Origin: Vicinamibacteria bacterium
GTDB lineage: Bacteria > Acidobacteriota > Vicinamibacteria > Marinacidobacterales > Marinacidobacteraceae
Length of the DNA stretch: 64,000 nucleotides
Assembly (NCBI GenBank): GCA_963668695.2
Contig: CAXXLQ010000004.1
Coordinates: 1,888,001 to 1,952,000, forward strand
Direction: 5' to 3'
Shown: one piece after another, positions 39,813 to 49,317 of the stretch
Layout of the letters: each line of letters starts with the position of its first letter
Numbering within the stretch: the stretch's first letter is position 1
Made by a program: the position numbers and the translations under genes
The notes under the pieces: model-generated
Told to the model about the DNA's origin: nothing
Databases searched by the model: none
What the model saw: the letters and a program-made list of their open reading frames with translations, nothing else

Positions 39813-41069
39813 GTGCCTGACACGGAGGCACTCCGCGGCTTCCACCGACAGCGGCTGCTGCTGACGGCGCTCCTTTTCGTCGGCTACGCCGGCTACTACC
39901 TCGGCCGGGTAACCGTTCCGGTGGCGTTGCCGGCGATCGGCGACGCCTTCGACTATTCGAACACCCAGACCGGCCTGATCCTGTCCGTGTACTTCGCGGC
40001 GTACGCGGCTTCGAAGCTCCTGAACGGCTTCCTCGGCGACCGGGTCGGCGGGAAGGCGATGTTCTTCGTCGGCGTTTTCGGCTCCGCCCTGATGAACGCG
40101 GTGTTCGGGTTCGGCCAGGAACTCCTGTTCTTCGTGGTGATCTGGGGGATCAACGCGTACTTCCAGACCATGGGCTGGCTGGCCATCATGCCCATCCTGG
40201 CCCGCTGGTACCCCAGCCGCGAGAGCGGCCGGGTGACTGGATTCATGTCGATCAGCTACCAGCTCGGGGACTTCCTGGCCCGCGCGTCCGCTGCGGTCGT
40301 GATCGTGGCGCTTGGCTGGTCCGGACTCTTCTGGGCGCACGCCGCGCTACTGGCGCTCCTTGGGGTGGCGCTCTACCGTTTCGTGAGGCCGCAGCCGCCG
40401 GCCGCGTCCCGGCACAAGGCGCCGGTGACGACGGCGCCGGCTCCTTCCGAAAACGCGGGGGCCGGATGGTGGCGCCGCCGGATGCTCTCCAGCCCTGCGT
40501 TCTGGATCATGTGCACGAGCTACCTGTTCCTCTCCATCATCCGCTACAGCTTCTGGGGCTGGTCGGTGGGCTATCTCGTCCAGGCTGGCGCCGGCATCGG
40601 CGCGGCGGCAGCCGCCTCCGCGGTCTTCCCGCTACTCGGCTCGGCCGGGTCGATCACCGCCGGGTGGGTTTCGGACCGTCTCGGCGCCCGGCGAGGTCCC
40701 GTCCTCGCGGTCCTGTGCGCCGCCCTGACTCTTTCGATCTACGGGTTCAGCCGCTTGCCGGCCGACGAGACACTGTGGATTGCGGCGGCGCTCGGCCTCG
40801 TCGGCTTCACGCTCTATGGCCCGTATTCGCTGATGTCCGGAGCGATGGTGATGGACTTCGGGGGGAAGGAAGCCGCGGCTTCCGCTTCCGGGATCGTGGA
40901 CATGATCGGGGCGGCGGGCGCCATCTTCACGGGGGTTGGAATGGGGTACATGATCGAGACCTACGGTTGGAACGGCGCGTTTGGCATCATCGTGGCGATG
41001 GCTGCCGTCGCAACCTTCCTGAGCTTCTTGCTCTGGAACCACAAACCGCTGCGCGCCGACGGCGGCTGA
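39813..41069 (+). CDS. MFS transporter (GlpT/UhpC-like)
   Basis: GYAGYYLGR, GFLGDRVG, ARWYPSRE.GR, GWVSDRLG; about 12 TM. Confidence 0.9.
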   Translation: MPDTEALRGFHRQRLLLTALLFVGYAGYYLGRVTVPVALPAIGDAFDYSNTQTGLILSVYFAAYAASKLLNGFLGDRVGGKAMFFVGVFGSALMNAVFGFGQELLFFVVIWGINAYFQTMGWLAIMPILARWYPSRESGRVTGFMSISYQLGDFLARASAAVVIVALGWSGLFWAHAALLALLGVALYRFVRPQPPAASRHKAPVTTAPAPSENAGAGWWRRRMLSSPAFWIMCTSYLFLSIIRYSFWGWSVGYLVQAGAGIGAAAAASAVFPLLGSAGSITAGWVSDRLGARRGPVLAVLCAALTLSIYGFSRLPADETLWIAAALGLVGFTLYGPYSLMSGAMVMDFGGKEAAASASGIVDMIGAAGAIFTGVGMGYMIETYGWNGAFGIIVAMAAVATFLSFLLWNHKPLRADGG

Positions 41070-41080
41070 TCCGGAGGGGC

Positions 41081-41281
41081 AACAGCCTGTGGACAAGGTC
41101 ATGCGGCCCAGTTCTCCCGGTGGGGGCTCGAGCGGCGATCCATCCCGGCTGAAGCACTTCGCTTCGCTTCGTTCGTCGTTGCGCTTCGGTCGAAATACAC
41201 TCGGTATTCCTCCCTCGCGCGCCTTGTCACCCGGGCGCCTCGCCGCTCTCGGCGCTCACGTCACCTTGTCCACAGGCTGTT
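41081..41281 (+). mobile_element. Family A MITE-like element with perfect 19-bp terminal inverted repeats
   Basis: AACAGCCTGTGGACAAGGT (41081-41099) / ACCTTGTCCACAGGCTGTT (41263-41281); one 18-nt unit at 41108. Confidence 0.9.
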
Positions 41282-41285
41282 AACG

Positions 41286-42299
41286 ATGCACGCGTCACGC
41301 TGGCTAAATACGGTGGACACCCATACGGAGGGGGAGCCCACCCGGATCATTACCGGCGGGATCGGCCATCTGGCCGGCGAAACAATCTCCGAAAAGCGGG
41401 ATTCCTTCCGTCGCCAGCTGGATCATCTCCGCACCGCGCTGGTCGCGGAACCCCGGGGGCACAAGGACATGTTCGGCTGCGTGTTGACCGAACCGGCGGG
41501 GCCGGATGCCCAGTTCGGCATGTTCTTCATGGACAACGGCGGCTACCTGGACATGTGCGGGCACGCCACCATCGGAGTCTCGACGGTGCTGGTCGAGCTG
41601 GGAATGGCGCCCGGCGAGGGATCCCGCCGCCGCATCCGGCTCGAGACGCCGGCCGGCATGGTGGAATCGGTGGTGCAGGTGAAAGACGGACGCGCAGTGT
41701 CGGTCACCTTCCGCGGCGTGCCTTCCTTCGTAGAGCACCTGGATGCAACGCTTCCCGTACCCGGGATCGGCGAGTTGAAGGTTGACGTCGCATACGGGGG
41801 CAACTGGTTCGTCTACGTGGATGCCGATGCGCTGGGAATCGAAGTGTCGCTGCGCAACATCCGGGAGGTGGTGGACCTCGGGATGCGGGCGCGGGAGGCG
41901 GCGAACCGGCATCTGCCTGTCCGCCATCCCGAGATCCCGGGAAGCGACCACATCAATATCGCCACCGTGCTGGCGCGGGCCGAAGATCCCGCCGCAACGT
42001 ATCGGAACGTGCATGTGTTCGGCCCGGGTCAGTTCGACCGCTCCCCGGGCGGGACGGGAAACTGCGCGCGCCTTGCGGTGCTGCACCGGAAGGGAGCGTT
42101 GGGCCCGGACGCCACGGTGCGAATCGAGAGCGTGACCGGCGGAATGTTCCGCGCGCGGGTCGTCGAAGAAACCGAGGTTGGCGGCCGGAAAGCCATCGTT
42201 CCGGAGATCACCGGTTCCGCGCACATCACCGGGTTCCACCAGTTCCCGCTTGATCCCCATGACCGGCTGGGTCACGGGTTCTCAACCGAGTGGGCGTGA
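41286..42299 (+). CDS. Proline racemase family protein with atypical second catalytic motif
   Basis: DTHTEGEPTR, EPRGH, MCGH, YGG, DRSPGGTG. Confidence 0.92.
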   Translation: MHASRWLNTVDTHTEGEPTRIITGGIGHLAGETISEKRDSFRRQLDHLRTALVAEPRGHKDMFGCVLTEPAGPDAQFGMFFMDNGGYLDMCGHATIGVSTVLVELGMAPGEGSRRRIRLETPAGMVESVVQVKDGRAVSVTFRGVPSFVEHLDATLPVPGIGELKVDVAYGGNWFVYVDADALGIEVSLRNIREVVDLGMRAREAANRHLPVRHPEIPGSDHINIATVLARAEDPAATYRNVHVFGPGQFDRSPGGTGNCARLAVLHRKGALGPDATVRIESVTGGMFRARVVEETEVGGRKAIVPEITGSAHITGFHQFPLDPHDRLGHGFSTEWA

Positions 42300-42394
42300 C
42301 TGCGCGGTCTACTGGCGGCCCGCGTTCTCCCTCGACGTCTTTGTTGTGCCCGATGCCGTAGTTGTCCGGGAACTGATCGAGCCAAAGGACTGAT

Positions 42395-42550
42395 GGCAGC
42401 GAACTCTGTTCGCTGCCCGCGAGTTCGGGGGAAAGTGTGAAAGGGGGGATTCTCCCCTTTCACAAGACGGTAACGACGAATCGGAACTCGCCGCCGTGCG
42501 CCGGAGGCGCGCAAGGGAGTTTCGATTCGCGGCGCGAAGCGCCGGGCGGT
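42395..42550. repeat. Family B multi-hairpin repeat
   Basis: GGCAGCGAAC-TCT-GTTCGCTGCC, GGGGGAAAGT, GTGAAAGGGG..CCCCTTTCAC, GGGAGTTTCGATT, GGCGCGAAGCGCCGGGCGGT. Confidence 0.88.
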
Positions 42551-42626
42551 TTCTGGGCGGGGCCAGGGCGATCAGCGCCGATGATCCGGATCTGCTACAA
42601 CTCTTACGGCCCCGCCCAGGAACCGC

Positions 42627-44576
42627 TCACCGAATTAGGAACGCGAGTTCTCCCACCGCAGAGCGGTTCTGGCTGTCGTCGGTGACCCGGATGACTGCCG
42701 TGTAGCGCCCGGCTCGCAGGGCCGCGGTCTGCAGCGACAGCATGATGGGTGTGCCGTCCGGCCGCCGCGGGTCGAGATCCAAACGTCCCGGCCGCTCCGC
42801 TTCCACGGCGATCTCCCCCGCGGCGTTCCGGATCTCGTAGGCAACCCGTACCTGGGCAACCGGATCCTCGCGTCCCGGGAAGATGAAGAAGGCGACGCGT
42901 GCGTCCTCCGCCCGCGAGAAGGCGGCTACCGGCCTCACCGGCGGCCCGGCCGCTTCCGGTCCGTGTTCCTCGCTGACGAACGGGAAGACGCTGGACAGCG
43001 AAAAGGTTTCCCCGAATCCGGTGGGAATGACCAATGCCGATGACCCGGCGTGGATCTGCCTCCCGCCCCGCTCGACGACCAACTCGAGCTGGAGTGCTCC
43101 CGAGGGCAGCTCGGCCGGCGTCGAGATCCAGAAACGCCGGATGTCCACCGGGCCCGACGCCTCGGTCAGCACCGTCCCCCCGGGGCCCACCACCCGTAGC
43201 CGCAGTTCGGCCGGCTCTTCCAGCGACGATTCGGGAAGCGCCGCGGCGAGCACTCCGAAAGCGCCGTGAGGACGGGGATTCAGGAGGTAGGCGTAGGTGT
43301 TCACGTCCTCCGGGAACGCGTACCCATAGTCGCCGCGAGCGGCTGCTTCGATGACCTCGCCACGACGCCGTGCGAAATAGCCGGGCCGGGCGATGACCCG
43401 GAGGTCCGGCCGGTCGCGGACCCGCACCGCGATCTGCCGATACTCGCCGTCCAGTTCCGTCTTGGTGGGAGAGAAGGACAGGAGGTAGTAGAGCTGGTTC
43501 TGGATGCCGATGCGGTTCAGCGCAACCGCGAAGTTCGTCTGGTTCGGGAAGTACGTTCCTCCGGTGGCGATCGCCAGGGACGCGGCGCCGCCTTCGGCGG
43601 GGATGTTGGCCGCGATCTCCATCCGGGTGAGTGGGTGATCGTTGGGCTCGACGGGCAGCGGGTTCCCGAGGACGTCGAAGGCGTTCAGGCTGGGGTTCAG
43701 GATGTTGTTCTCGTTGCCGTACACGCCTGTCAGGTCAACCATGTAGAGGGTGGCGTTCGCGTGATTCAACTGGAGGATCGCCTCCCGGAGACTTCGCGTC
43801 ATGTCAAGCGCCTTCCGCCCGGGGAATTGGTCCACCTCGGTGCCGGCGATCTCGCCGACGAGCTGCCGGGGGTCGGCGAAGGTCTGGAGGTTCATGGAGA
43901 GGAAGACGACGATCTTGCGCCCCTCCACCGACTCGAGCGCGTCCGCGAGCGCAAAGAGCATCTCGTAGGAGTCGCGGGCGTCGATCTCCGGCCCGACGGG
44001 GCTCTGGTAGGTTCCGGGCACGATCCGGCGGATGTTCGCGAGCGTCTGCTCCTTGCCCGAGTAGAACTCCTGGAGCACCCGGACGGTGTGGGCGAACTCC
44101 AGGATCATGGTTTCGTCCCCGTCCACCATGTGCTCGATCACGAACTCCTCGAGCCCGCGCTTGCCGCGCCGGAGGTTCACCGGGTCGGCGCCGCGACGGT
44201 TGAACACGATCACGAACCGGCGGGGAGAAGTGTTGCCCGTGGCGGCGGCCTCCGGATCGGGTAGTGCCAGGGCTTCTTCCGGGACGGACTCTCCCAGTTC
44301 ATAGCGCTGCCAATCCACCACGTCGAGGCTCGCCACCCGCTGGGGCTCCTCATCCTCGAATAGTTCGAAGTCGTCGGCGGTGAGACCTGGGATCGGGTTT
44401 CCGTCGTCGTCGAGCACCAGCACGTCCACGATGACCCGGGTGGCGGCGGCGCGGAACCGGAACGTCTGGCCGGCGGCCAGAGCGGCGATTCCGACCGCCG
44501 AAAGCGCGAGGGCGGTCAGTGCCAAGGCGAGTGGGGTTCGTGAGAAGCGGCGCGGCGGACGGGGATCCTTGAGCAT
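42627..44576 (-). CDS. VWA domain protein, Acidobacterial type
   Basis: VDVLVLDDDGNPIPGLTADDFELFED, GRKIVVFLS, LAIATGG, YYLLSF, ARPGYFA. Confidence 0.9.
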   Translation of the reverse strand: MLKDPRPPRRFSRTPLALALTALALSAVGIAALAAGQTFRFRAAATRVIVDVLVLDDDGNPIPGLTADDFELFEDEEPQRVASLDVVDWQRYELGESVPEEALALPDPEAAATGNTSPRRFVIVFNRRGADPVNLRRGKRGLEEFVIEHMVDGDETMILEFAHTVRVLQEFYSGKEQTLANIRRIVPGTYQSPVGPEIDARDSYEMLFALADALESVEGRKIVVFLSMNLQTFADPRQLVGEIAGTEVDQFPGRKALDMTRSLREAILQLNHANATLYMVDLTGVYGNENNILNPSLNAFDVLGNPLPVEPNDHPLTRMEIAANIPAEGGAASLAIATGGTYFPNQTNFAVALNRIGIQNQLYYLLSFSPTKTELDGEYRQIAVRVRDRPDLRVIARPGYFARRRGEVIEAAARGDYGYAFPEDVNTYAYLLNPRPHGAFGVLAAALPESSLEEPAELRLRVVGPGGTVLTEASGPVDIRRFWISTPAELPSGALQLELVVERGGRQIHAGSSALVIPTGFGETFSLSSVFPFVSEEHGPEAAGPPVRPVAAFSRAEDARVAFFIFPGREDPVAQVRVAYEIRNAAGEIAVEAERPGRLDLDPRRPDGTPIMLSLQTAALRAGRYTAVIRVTDDSQNRSAVGELAFLIR

Positions 44577-44595
44577 GAAGTCCCTTCCCGCGCCC

Positions 44596-45660
44596 TCATT
44601 CCGGGTTTGTTGCCGGCAGTACCGTGCAGTCGCTACACCCCGGAACGCGAACCTGCGGGACACCGGATTGTCTCTCGGCCGCAGCGTCTTCTCCAACAAG
44701 ACTTAGTCGGTACCAGCGTTCGTTCCGGGCCGCGATGCGATCGAGCGGCTTCCGGAACCCTTGGCGCGGGCGAAGTAAGCTGGACAGGATGTCGTCCGCA
44801 CTGCGGGGTGAGACCGCACGCTGACGACCCTCGCGGGTGGTTGAGGAAAAGATGGTTCCATGAACGCCGGCTTCGTCGACGCTCAGCTCGCCGCGGTTCG
44901 CGGTCAGGATCCTCTCCTCGAGTTCCTGCACGCCGGCAAGATGGAGAACGTGAACCGTCGCTTGCGCGGCGCCGAGCCGCTGGGTGATCGGCGCCAGCCC
45001 GGCATCCAGCTGGCCGCGTGGGTCGGAACGGATTCGCGGGAGGTCGGCCTTCCGGATCGTGCCCGGCTGCTCGGCAGTCCACGAAAAGCTGCTGAGGCTG
45101 CCCGAGAACGGGATCACCATTTTCCGCCCGGGAACCTCGACGAGCCGCTCGGCCAGAGCATGGAGCATGAAGGCCGCGTCGGCGGCATCCTGGGCGGCCC
45201 CGACCGGACTCCGGAAACCCATCGGGGTGATGTTGTGGACCTCCGGAAGAGCCTCGCCCGATCCCGTCCGCCACCCGCGGGTGATCCGTGGCACCTCGGC
45301 GAAGTCCACGAAGAGCGCCTCGTCAAGATCCCCGAAGCGAGAAGACACGAACTCCGCGAGACCACGCTGCGCCCGCTTGAGTTGCGCCGGGAGCGCGCCC
45401 CTCCGGTTGAAGACGAAGACGAAGCGGCGCGGCGCGGTTTCGGCCGCAACCATTCGTACCCCGGCGACCGGACGGATGCGGTCGCCGACGATGACCTCGA
45501 AATCGCCTCGGTTCAGTCCGGCGACCGGATTCCCCGCGTGGTCGAGCACCAGGGCGTCCACCATGACTCCGGTGTCTTCGCCCGGAGTGACGGCGGGGGC
45601 GGCCGAAGCGGTGAGCAACACCGCCGCCAGGGAACTGAGCGCCAGCAGTTTCTTCGGCAT
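44596..45660 (-). CDS. Second, shorter VWA-like protein (possibly eroded paralog)
   Basis: VDALVLDHAGNPVAGLNRGDFEV, PRRFVFVFNRRGA, SPVG, GRKMVI match the neighbour; the TGG segment is missing. Confidence 0.7.
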   Translation of the reverse strand: MPKKLLALSSLAAVLLTASAAPAVTPGEDTGVMVDALVLDHAGNPVAGLNRGDFEVIVGDRIRPVAGVRMVAAETAPRRFVFVFNRRGALPAQLKRAQRGLAEFVSSRFGDLDEALFVDFAEVPRITRGWRTGSGEALPEVHNITPMGFRSPVGAAQDAADAAFMLHALAERLVEVPGRKMVIPFSGSLSSFSWTAEQPGTIRKADLPRIRSDPRGQLDAGLAPITQRLGAAQATVHVLHLAGVQELEERILTANRGELSVDEAGVHGTIFSSTTREGRQRAVSPRSADDILSSLLRPRQGFRKPLDRIAARNERWYRLSLVGEDAAAERQSGVPQVRVPGCSDCTVLPATNPE

Positions 45661-45762
45661 GGGAGGAACCTCCATCCGGATCGTGATGCGAAGAGCACGT
45701 CCAGACCTGGAGTCCGGGCGTAATGCAATGTCACATCCTGCAATTTCGTTGCCAGCACCTGG

Positions 45763-46268
45763 CAGCCTGTGGATAAAGTGGTGTGAGCGCCGAGAGCGGC
45801 CAGTCCTCCCGGTGGGGGCGAGGCCCAGTTCTCCCGGTGGGGGTCCGGCTGACAAGGCGCGCGAGGGAGGAGCCCCCACCGGGAGAACTGGCCCGGGTGT
45901 ATTTCGACCGAAGCGCAACGATGAGTGACGCGAAGCGGCGCGGTGAACAGCCGGTGGTGGAACCCGGGTGAGCGCCGAGGCCGGCGAGGCCCAGTTCTCC
46001 CGGTGGGGCCAGTTCTCCCGGTGGGGGCCCGGCTGGCAAGGCGCGTGAGGGAGGAGCCCCCACCGGGAGAACTGGCCCGGGTGTATTTCGACCGAAACGC
46101 AACGATGAGCGGCGCGCAGCGACGCGGGCAGCCGGGATGGCTCGCCGGCCGAGCCCCCACCGGGAGAACTGGGCCGCGCGGGTTTCATCACAGGCTGTTT
46201 GGCCGGGATGGATCGCCGCTCGAGCCCCCACCGGGAGAACTGGGCCGCGTGACTTTGTCCACAGGCTG
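45763..46268 (-). mobile_element. Family A outer copy interrupted by a nested copy
   Basis: Ends CAGCCTGTGGATAAAGT / ACTTTGTCCACAGGCTG+CTAG; body split at about 45947/46200. Confidence 0.85.
45948..46197 (-). mobile_element. Family A inner (nested) copy with four 18-nt units
   Basis: Ends CAGCCGGTGGTGGAACCCG / CGGGTTTCATCACAGGCTG; units at 45991, 46009, 46058, 46155. Confidence 0.85.
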
Positions 46269-46374
46269 CTAGGGCGGAATTGCATGGTGCGGGTTTCCCT
46301 ACGCCGCGGTGCCGGTTCCCACCGGGATAGCCGGGCAGGTGAGAGGCGAATGGCCCAGGGAGAAGAAAACTGAC

Positions 46375-46629
46375 GGCAGCGAACGCTGTTCGCTGCCCGC
46401 GAGATCGGGGGAAAGTGTGAAAGGGGGGCATCCCCGGGGCATCCCCCTTTCACCAGAAGAAAGGATCGATGCATCGCAACTCGCCGCCGCGCTAGCCGAA
46501 CAGCGCGGTGTGATCCAAGCGTACTGATTTGCGCGTTTCGCCCGCCTCCGGCGGGCGATGCCGGTCTGGAGACCGGCGCTCCCAGGCGCGCAAGGGAATT
46601 TCGATGCCCGGCGCGAAGCGCCGGGCGGT
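46375..46629. repeat. Family B repeat (long variant)
   Basis: Same conserved blocks as 42395 with an expanded middle. Confidence 0.82.
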
Positions 46630-46704
46630 CCGGAAGGGGGGCTTGTCTTCCGGAGGCATGGCAGCTCGACGTTATTCCGGCGGAGTGCCCCCCTGCCGGA
46701 CCGC

Positions 46705-49047
46705 TCAGATTCGGAAGAGGTAGTTGAGTTTGACCGAGAGGCTGCGGTTCCGGACGAAGAACAGGTCCGACCACTCGTCGAGTTCGGTATAGACGAGGAA
46801 GAAGTCGGTACCCGGTTTCGGGATCCAGTTGAAACGGATGTTCGAGGCCAGGTCGCCGGTTGCGTTGTTGTACTGGAAAAGACCCAGGAGAATGAGATCG
46901 TTCCGGAAGGCGAGCTGCATCCGGGTGGAGACCAGGTGCGTGTCCAGATCTCCCCCGGGGAGACGAATCCGGTTGTAGGCGTAGTTGCCGCGCAGCCCGA
47001 AGTTCTTGTTGATCCGGTAGTTCGTCCCGACCGTCCAGAGGTCGCGGGTGCCGCCCCAGAAACCGCCGAATTCGTAGCTGGCGCGGATCGAGGCGTAACG
47101 GCGGCGGTAGGTGTTCAGGGAAACCTGGGCCCGCCGGAAGGGATACTCGCCCGCCGGGATCAGCACGCCGCTGATCGAATAGTCGGCGGTGGTCAACTCG
47201 TACTGGTCGGTGAGCTCGAAGGAGATTTGATCCCCGCTCTCGAAGGCGGCGCGGCCGGTCAAAGTGCCGCTCCGTGTCTCCAGCACGTTCTCGAGGTTCA
47301 GGGTGTTGTTCAGGCTCGCCTGCAGGTGAACCTGCCGGAGCCATGAAGAATCGGGACGTGGCGAGACCCGCGCCTGCAGGTAGGTCTTGCGCATGCCGGT
47401 GCGCTGCACGAAACCGATTCCCGGATGGAAGTTCTCGCCGATCTCGATGAACTTCACCGTCCCGCCGAGCAGGTCGTCCTCGTACATCAACCGCCCGCTG
47501 GCGAGACCCGTGCTGCTTTGCCCGGTTTCCTCGAACACCCGGGCCCAGATGCCCTCGAAGCTCCACGCGTCACGGAAGTGCAGGTTGGTATCCAGACCCG
47601 CCACCCGGTTGAACGTCCCGTCGCTGCTCCGGTCGGTGAAGACGGCGCCGATCGAGGAGCGGGAGAACAGGTCGCGGCGCACCCTGGCCACCGCGAGTTG
47701 TTCCCCCGCCGCGTTGTCGGTGGCCGCGGTTGCCATCCCCATGAGGCCCACGGTGTAAGCGCCCTGCCGCCCGGAGAGTCGGCCTCCACCCAAAATGGGG
47801 ACGGCGCGGCCCTCGTCCGAGAGCCCGATACGCCGGGTGAAGACGATGTCGGCGTCCCGGCGCTCGCCGAACTGGAAATTGCTCTGCCCCTCCAGGAAGA
47901 TCTGCCGCTTTTCGGGAAACCGCAACGAGAAACGGGTGAAGTTGATCTGGAGATCGTCCACCTCCTCCTGGGCGAAGTCGGTGTTCCAGGTGAAGTCCGC
48001 GGTGAGTCCCGGGGTGACGCCCCATTTGACGTCGAGGCCGCCGTCGGCCTGTCCCCGATCGCCCGTCCATTCGCCGCCCCCGTTTACCTGACCGAGTGCG
48101 TAGGGCCGGATCTCCAGGTTGCGGCCGGGCTGGATGCCCTCGAGTCCGCGCAACTTGCCGAGCTCTGCGGGGCGATACCAGGTCGAATCATTGGAGACGA
48201 ACGGCCAGTAGACCTCCTCGGTTTTCATGGGGATGTTCCGTTTGAAACCGACGCCGAATACCACCGGCTGACCCGACGGCGGCCTTTCGAAACGGAGTGA
48301 CTTGAACGGAATCTGGACCTCGGCGGTCCAGCCGCCCGGAACCAGTTGTCCCTGAGACGCCCACACCATGTCCCAGTTGAGGTTCCGGGTTTCGGGTCCC
48401 TGCCCGTTCTGGCTCATGTCGAAGAGGATGCCGTTCGCGTTGGTGGCGAGGAAAACGGCGCTGCGCTGGTCGTTGAAGGCGTCCAGCATGATCGCCACCG
48501 CGTCGTCGCTGCCGATGTTCTCGTCCCGGAACATCGTGCGCGGACGGCTCTCCTCGGCGCGCCGCTCCGCGTGGGGCGACGCGTGGCCTTCGTCGGTGTT
48601 CTCGCCCACCGTGCAGAAGAACCCGAAGTAGAGGTTTTCGTCGTCATAGACGACCCGAACGATGGTCTTTTCGGTGGAGGGCAGGCCCTCGTCGGTCTGC
48701 TGCTCGTAGAAGTCACCGATGGGGCGAGCGCGTTCCCAGGCCGCCTCGTCCAGCCAACCGTCCAGCTCGATAGGCTCCCGAATCCGCTCGGCGTGGATTT
48801 CCCAGGTTCTGGCCTTCAGCGCCCGGACCCGTTCCTCCCGGGTCATGCGGACGAGCTCGGCGGCGCTCGGCGAGGTTGCGGGAGGAGCGGGCAACCGCAG
48901 CGTGGCCGATGAGCGGCGCGAGGCGATTCCGCTCTGGAGCTGATCGCCCGGCGTCCGGTCCCGATCGTCCTGGGCGGCGCCCGCTGCCGCCAAGCCGAGC
49001 GCCGCCAATGTGAACGCGGCGACACGCCACCTGTGCACCGTCAACAA
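46705..49047 (-). CDS. DUF5916/CBM9-domain outer-membrane protein
   Basis: IELDGWLDEAAW, GWTAEVQIPFKSLRF, NTDFAQEEVD, FPEKRQIFLEG, C-terminal KLNYLFRI. Confidence 0.9.
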   Translation of the reverse strand: MLTVHRWRVAAFTLAALGLAAAGAAQDDRDRTPGDQLQSGIASRRSSATLRLPAPPATSPSAAELVRMTREERVRALKARTWEIHAERIREPIELDGWLDEAAWERARPIGDFYEQQTDEGLPSTEKTIVRVVYDDENLYFGFFCTVGENTDEGHASPHAERRAEESRPRTMFRDENIGSDDAVAIMLDAFNDQRSAVFLATNANGILFDMSQNGQGPETRNLNWDMVWASQGQLVPGGWTAEVQIPFKSLRFERPPSGQPVVFGVGFKRNIPMKTEEVYWPFVSNDSTWYRPAELGKLRGLEGIQPGRNLEIRPYALGQVNGGGEWTGDRGQADGGLDVKWGVTPGLTADFTWNTDFAQEEVDDLQINFTRFSLRFPEKRQIFLEGQSNFQFGERRDADIVFTRRIGLSDEGRAVPILGGGRLSGRQGAYTVGLMGMATAATDNAAGEQLAVARVRRDLFSRSSIGAVFTDRSSDGTFNRVAGLDTNLHFRDAWSFEGIWARVFEETGQSSTGLASGRLMYEDDLLGGTVKFIEIGENFHPGIGFVQRTGMRKTYLQARVSPRPDSSWLRQVHLQASLNNTLNLENVLETRSGTLTGRAAFESGDQISFELTDQYELTTADYSISGVLIPAGEYPFRRAQVSLNTYRRRYASIRASYEFGGFWGGTRDLWTVGTNYRINKNFGLRGNYAYNRIRLPGGDLDTHLVSTRMQLAFRNDLILLGLFQYNNATGDLASNIRFNWIPKPGTDFFLVYTELDEWSDLFFVRNRSLSVKLNYLFRI

Positions 49048-49095
49048 ACGTTCCTCAAGCGGAATTTACCCGTGCAGTCACGCGCCGCACCTGAA

Positions 49096-49317
49096 AGCCT
49101 GCGGACAGAGTTGGCCATCGAGCGCTCGCGGCGCAGAGCGCCGCAGGGGTGGGGTGTGGGGAGGGGTGTCCCCTCCCCGCAGGAAAAGGTGGGGAGAATC
49201 GCGTAGCGATTTTCCCCACCATCCCGTGGGGAAAGCGCCCCGCATCCGAAGAATTCCCACAGACTCCCCGGGTTTCCTCGCCGGGGGTGCAGTGCGGGGT
49301 GCTTTCTCCACGGGCTG
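49096..49317. mobile_element. Family D MITE-like element
   Basis: A-type ends (AGCCTGCGGACAGAGT / CTTTCTCCACGGGCTG+CTAG) with a different body (GGGGTGGGGTGTGGGAGGGG..., GAATCGCGTAGCGATT); second copy at 62985. Confidence 0.8.

Noticed and set aside
45763-46272. CRISPR array suggested by repeated 18-19-mers
   Set aside because: Units occur in both orientations, the intervening sequences are conserved repeat body rather than unique spacers, and no cas genes are present.
45513-46431. ORFs rich in PVLPVG/PTGRTG/QFSRWG/PPGEL peptides, including the long N-terminal extension of the 44596 ORF
   Set aside because: They are translations of stop-free repeat DNA; the real VWA-like gene starts at 45660.
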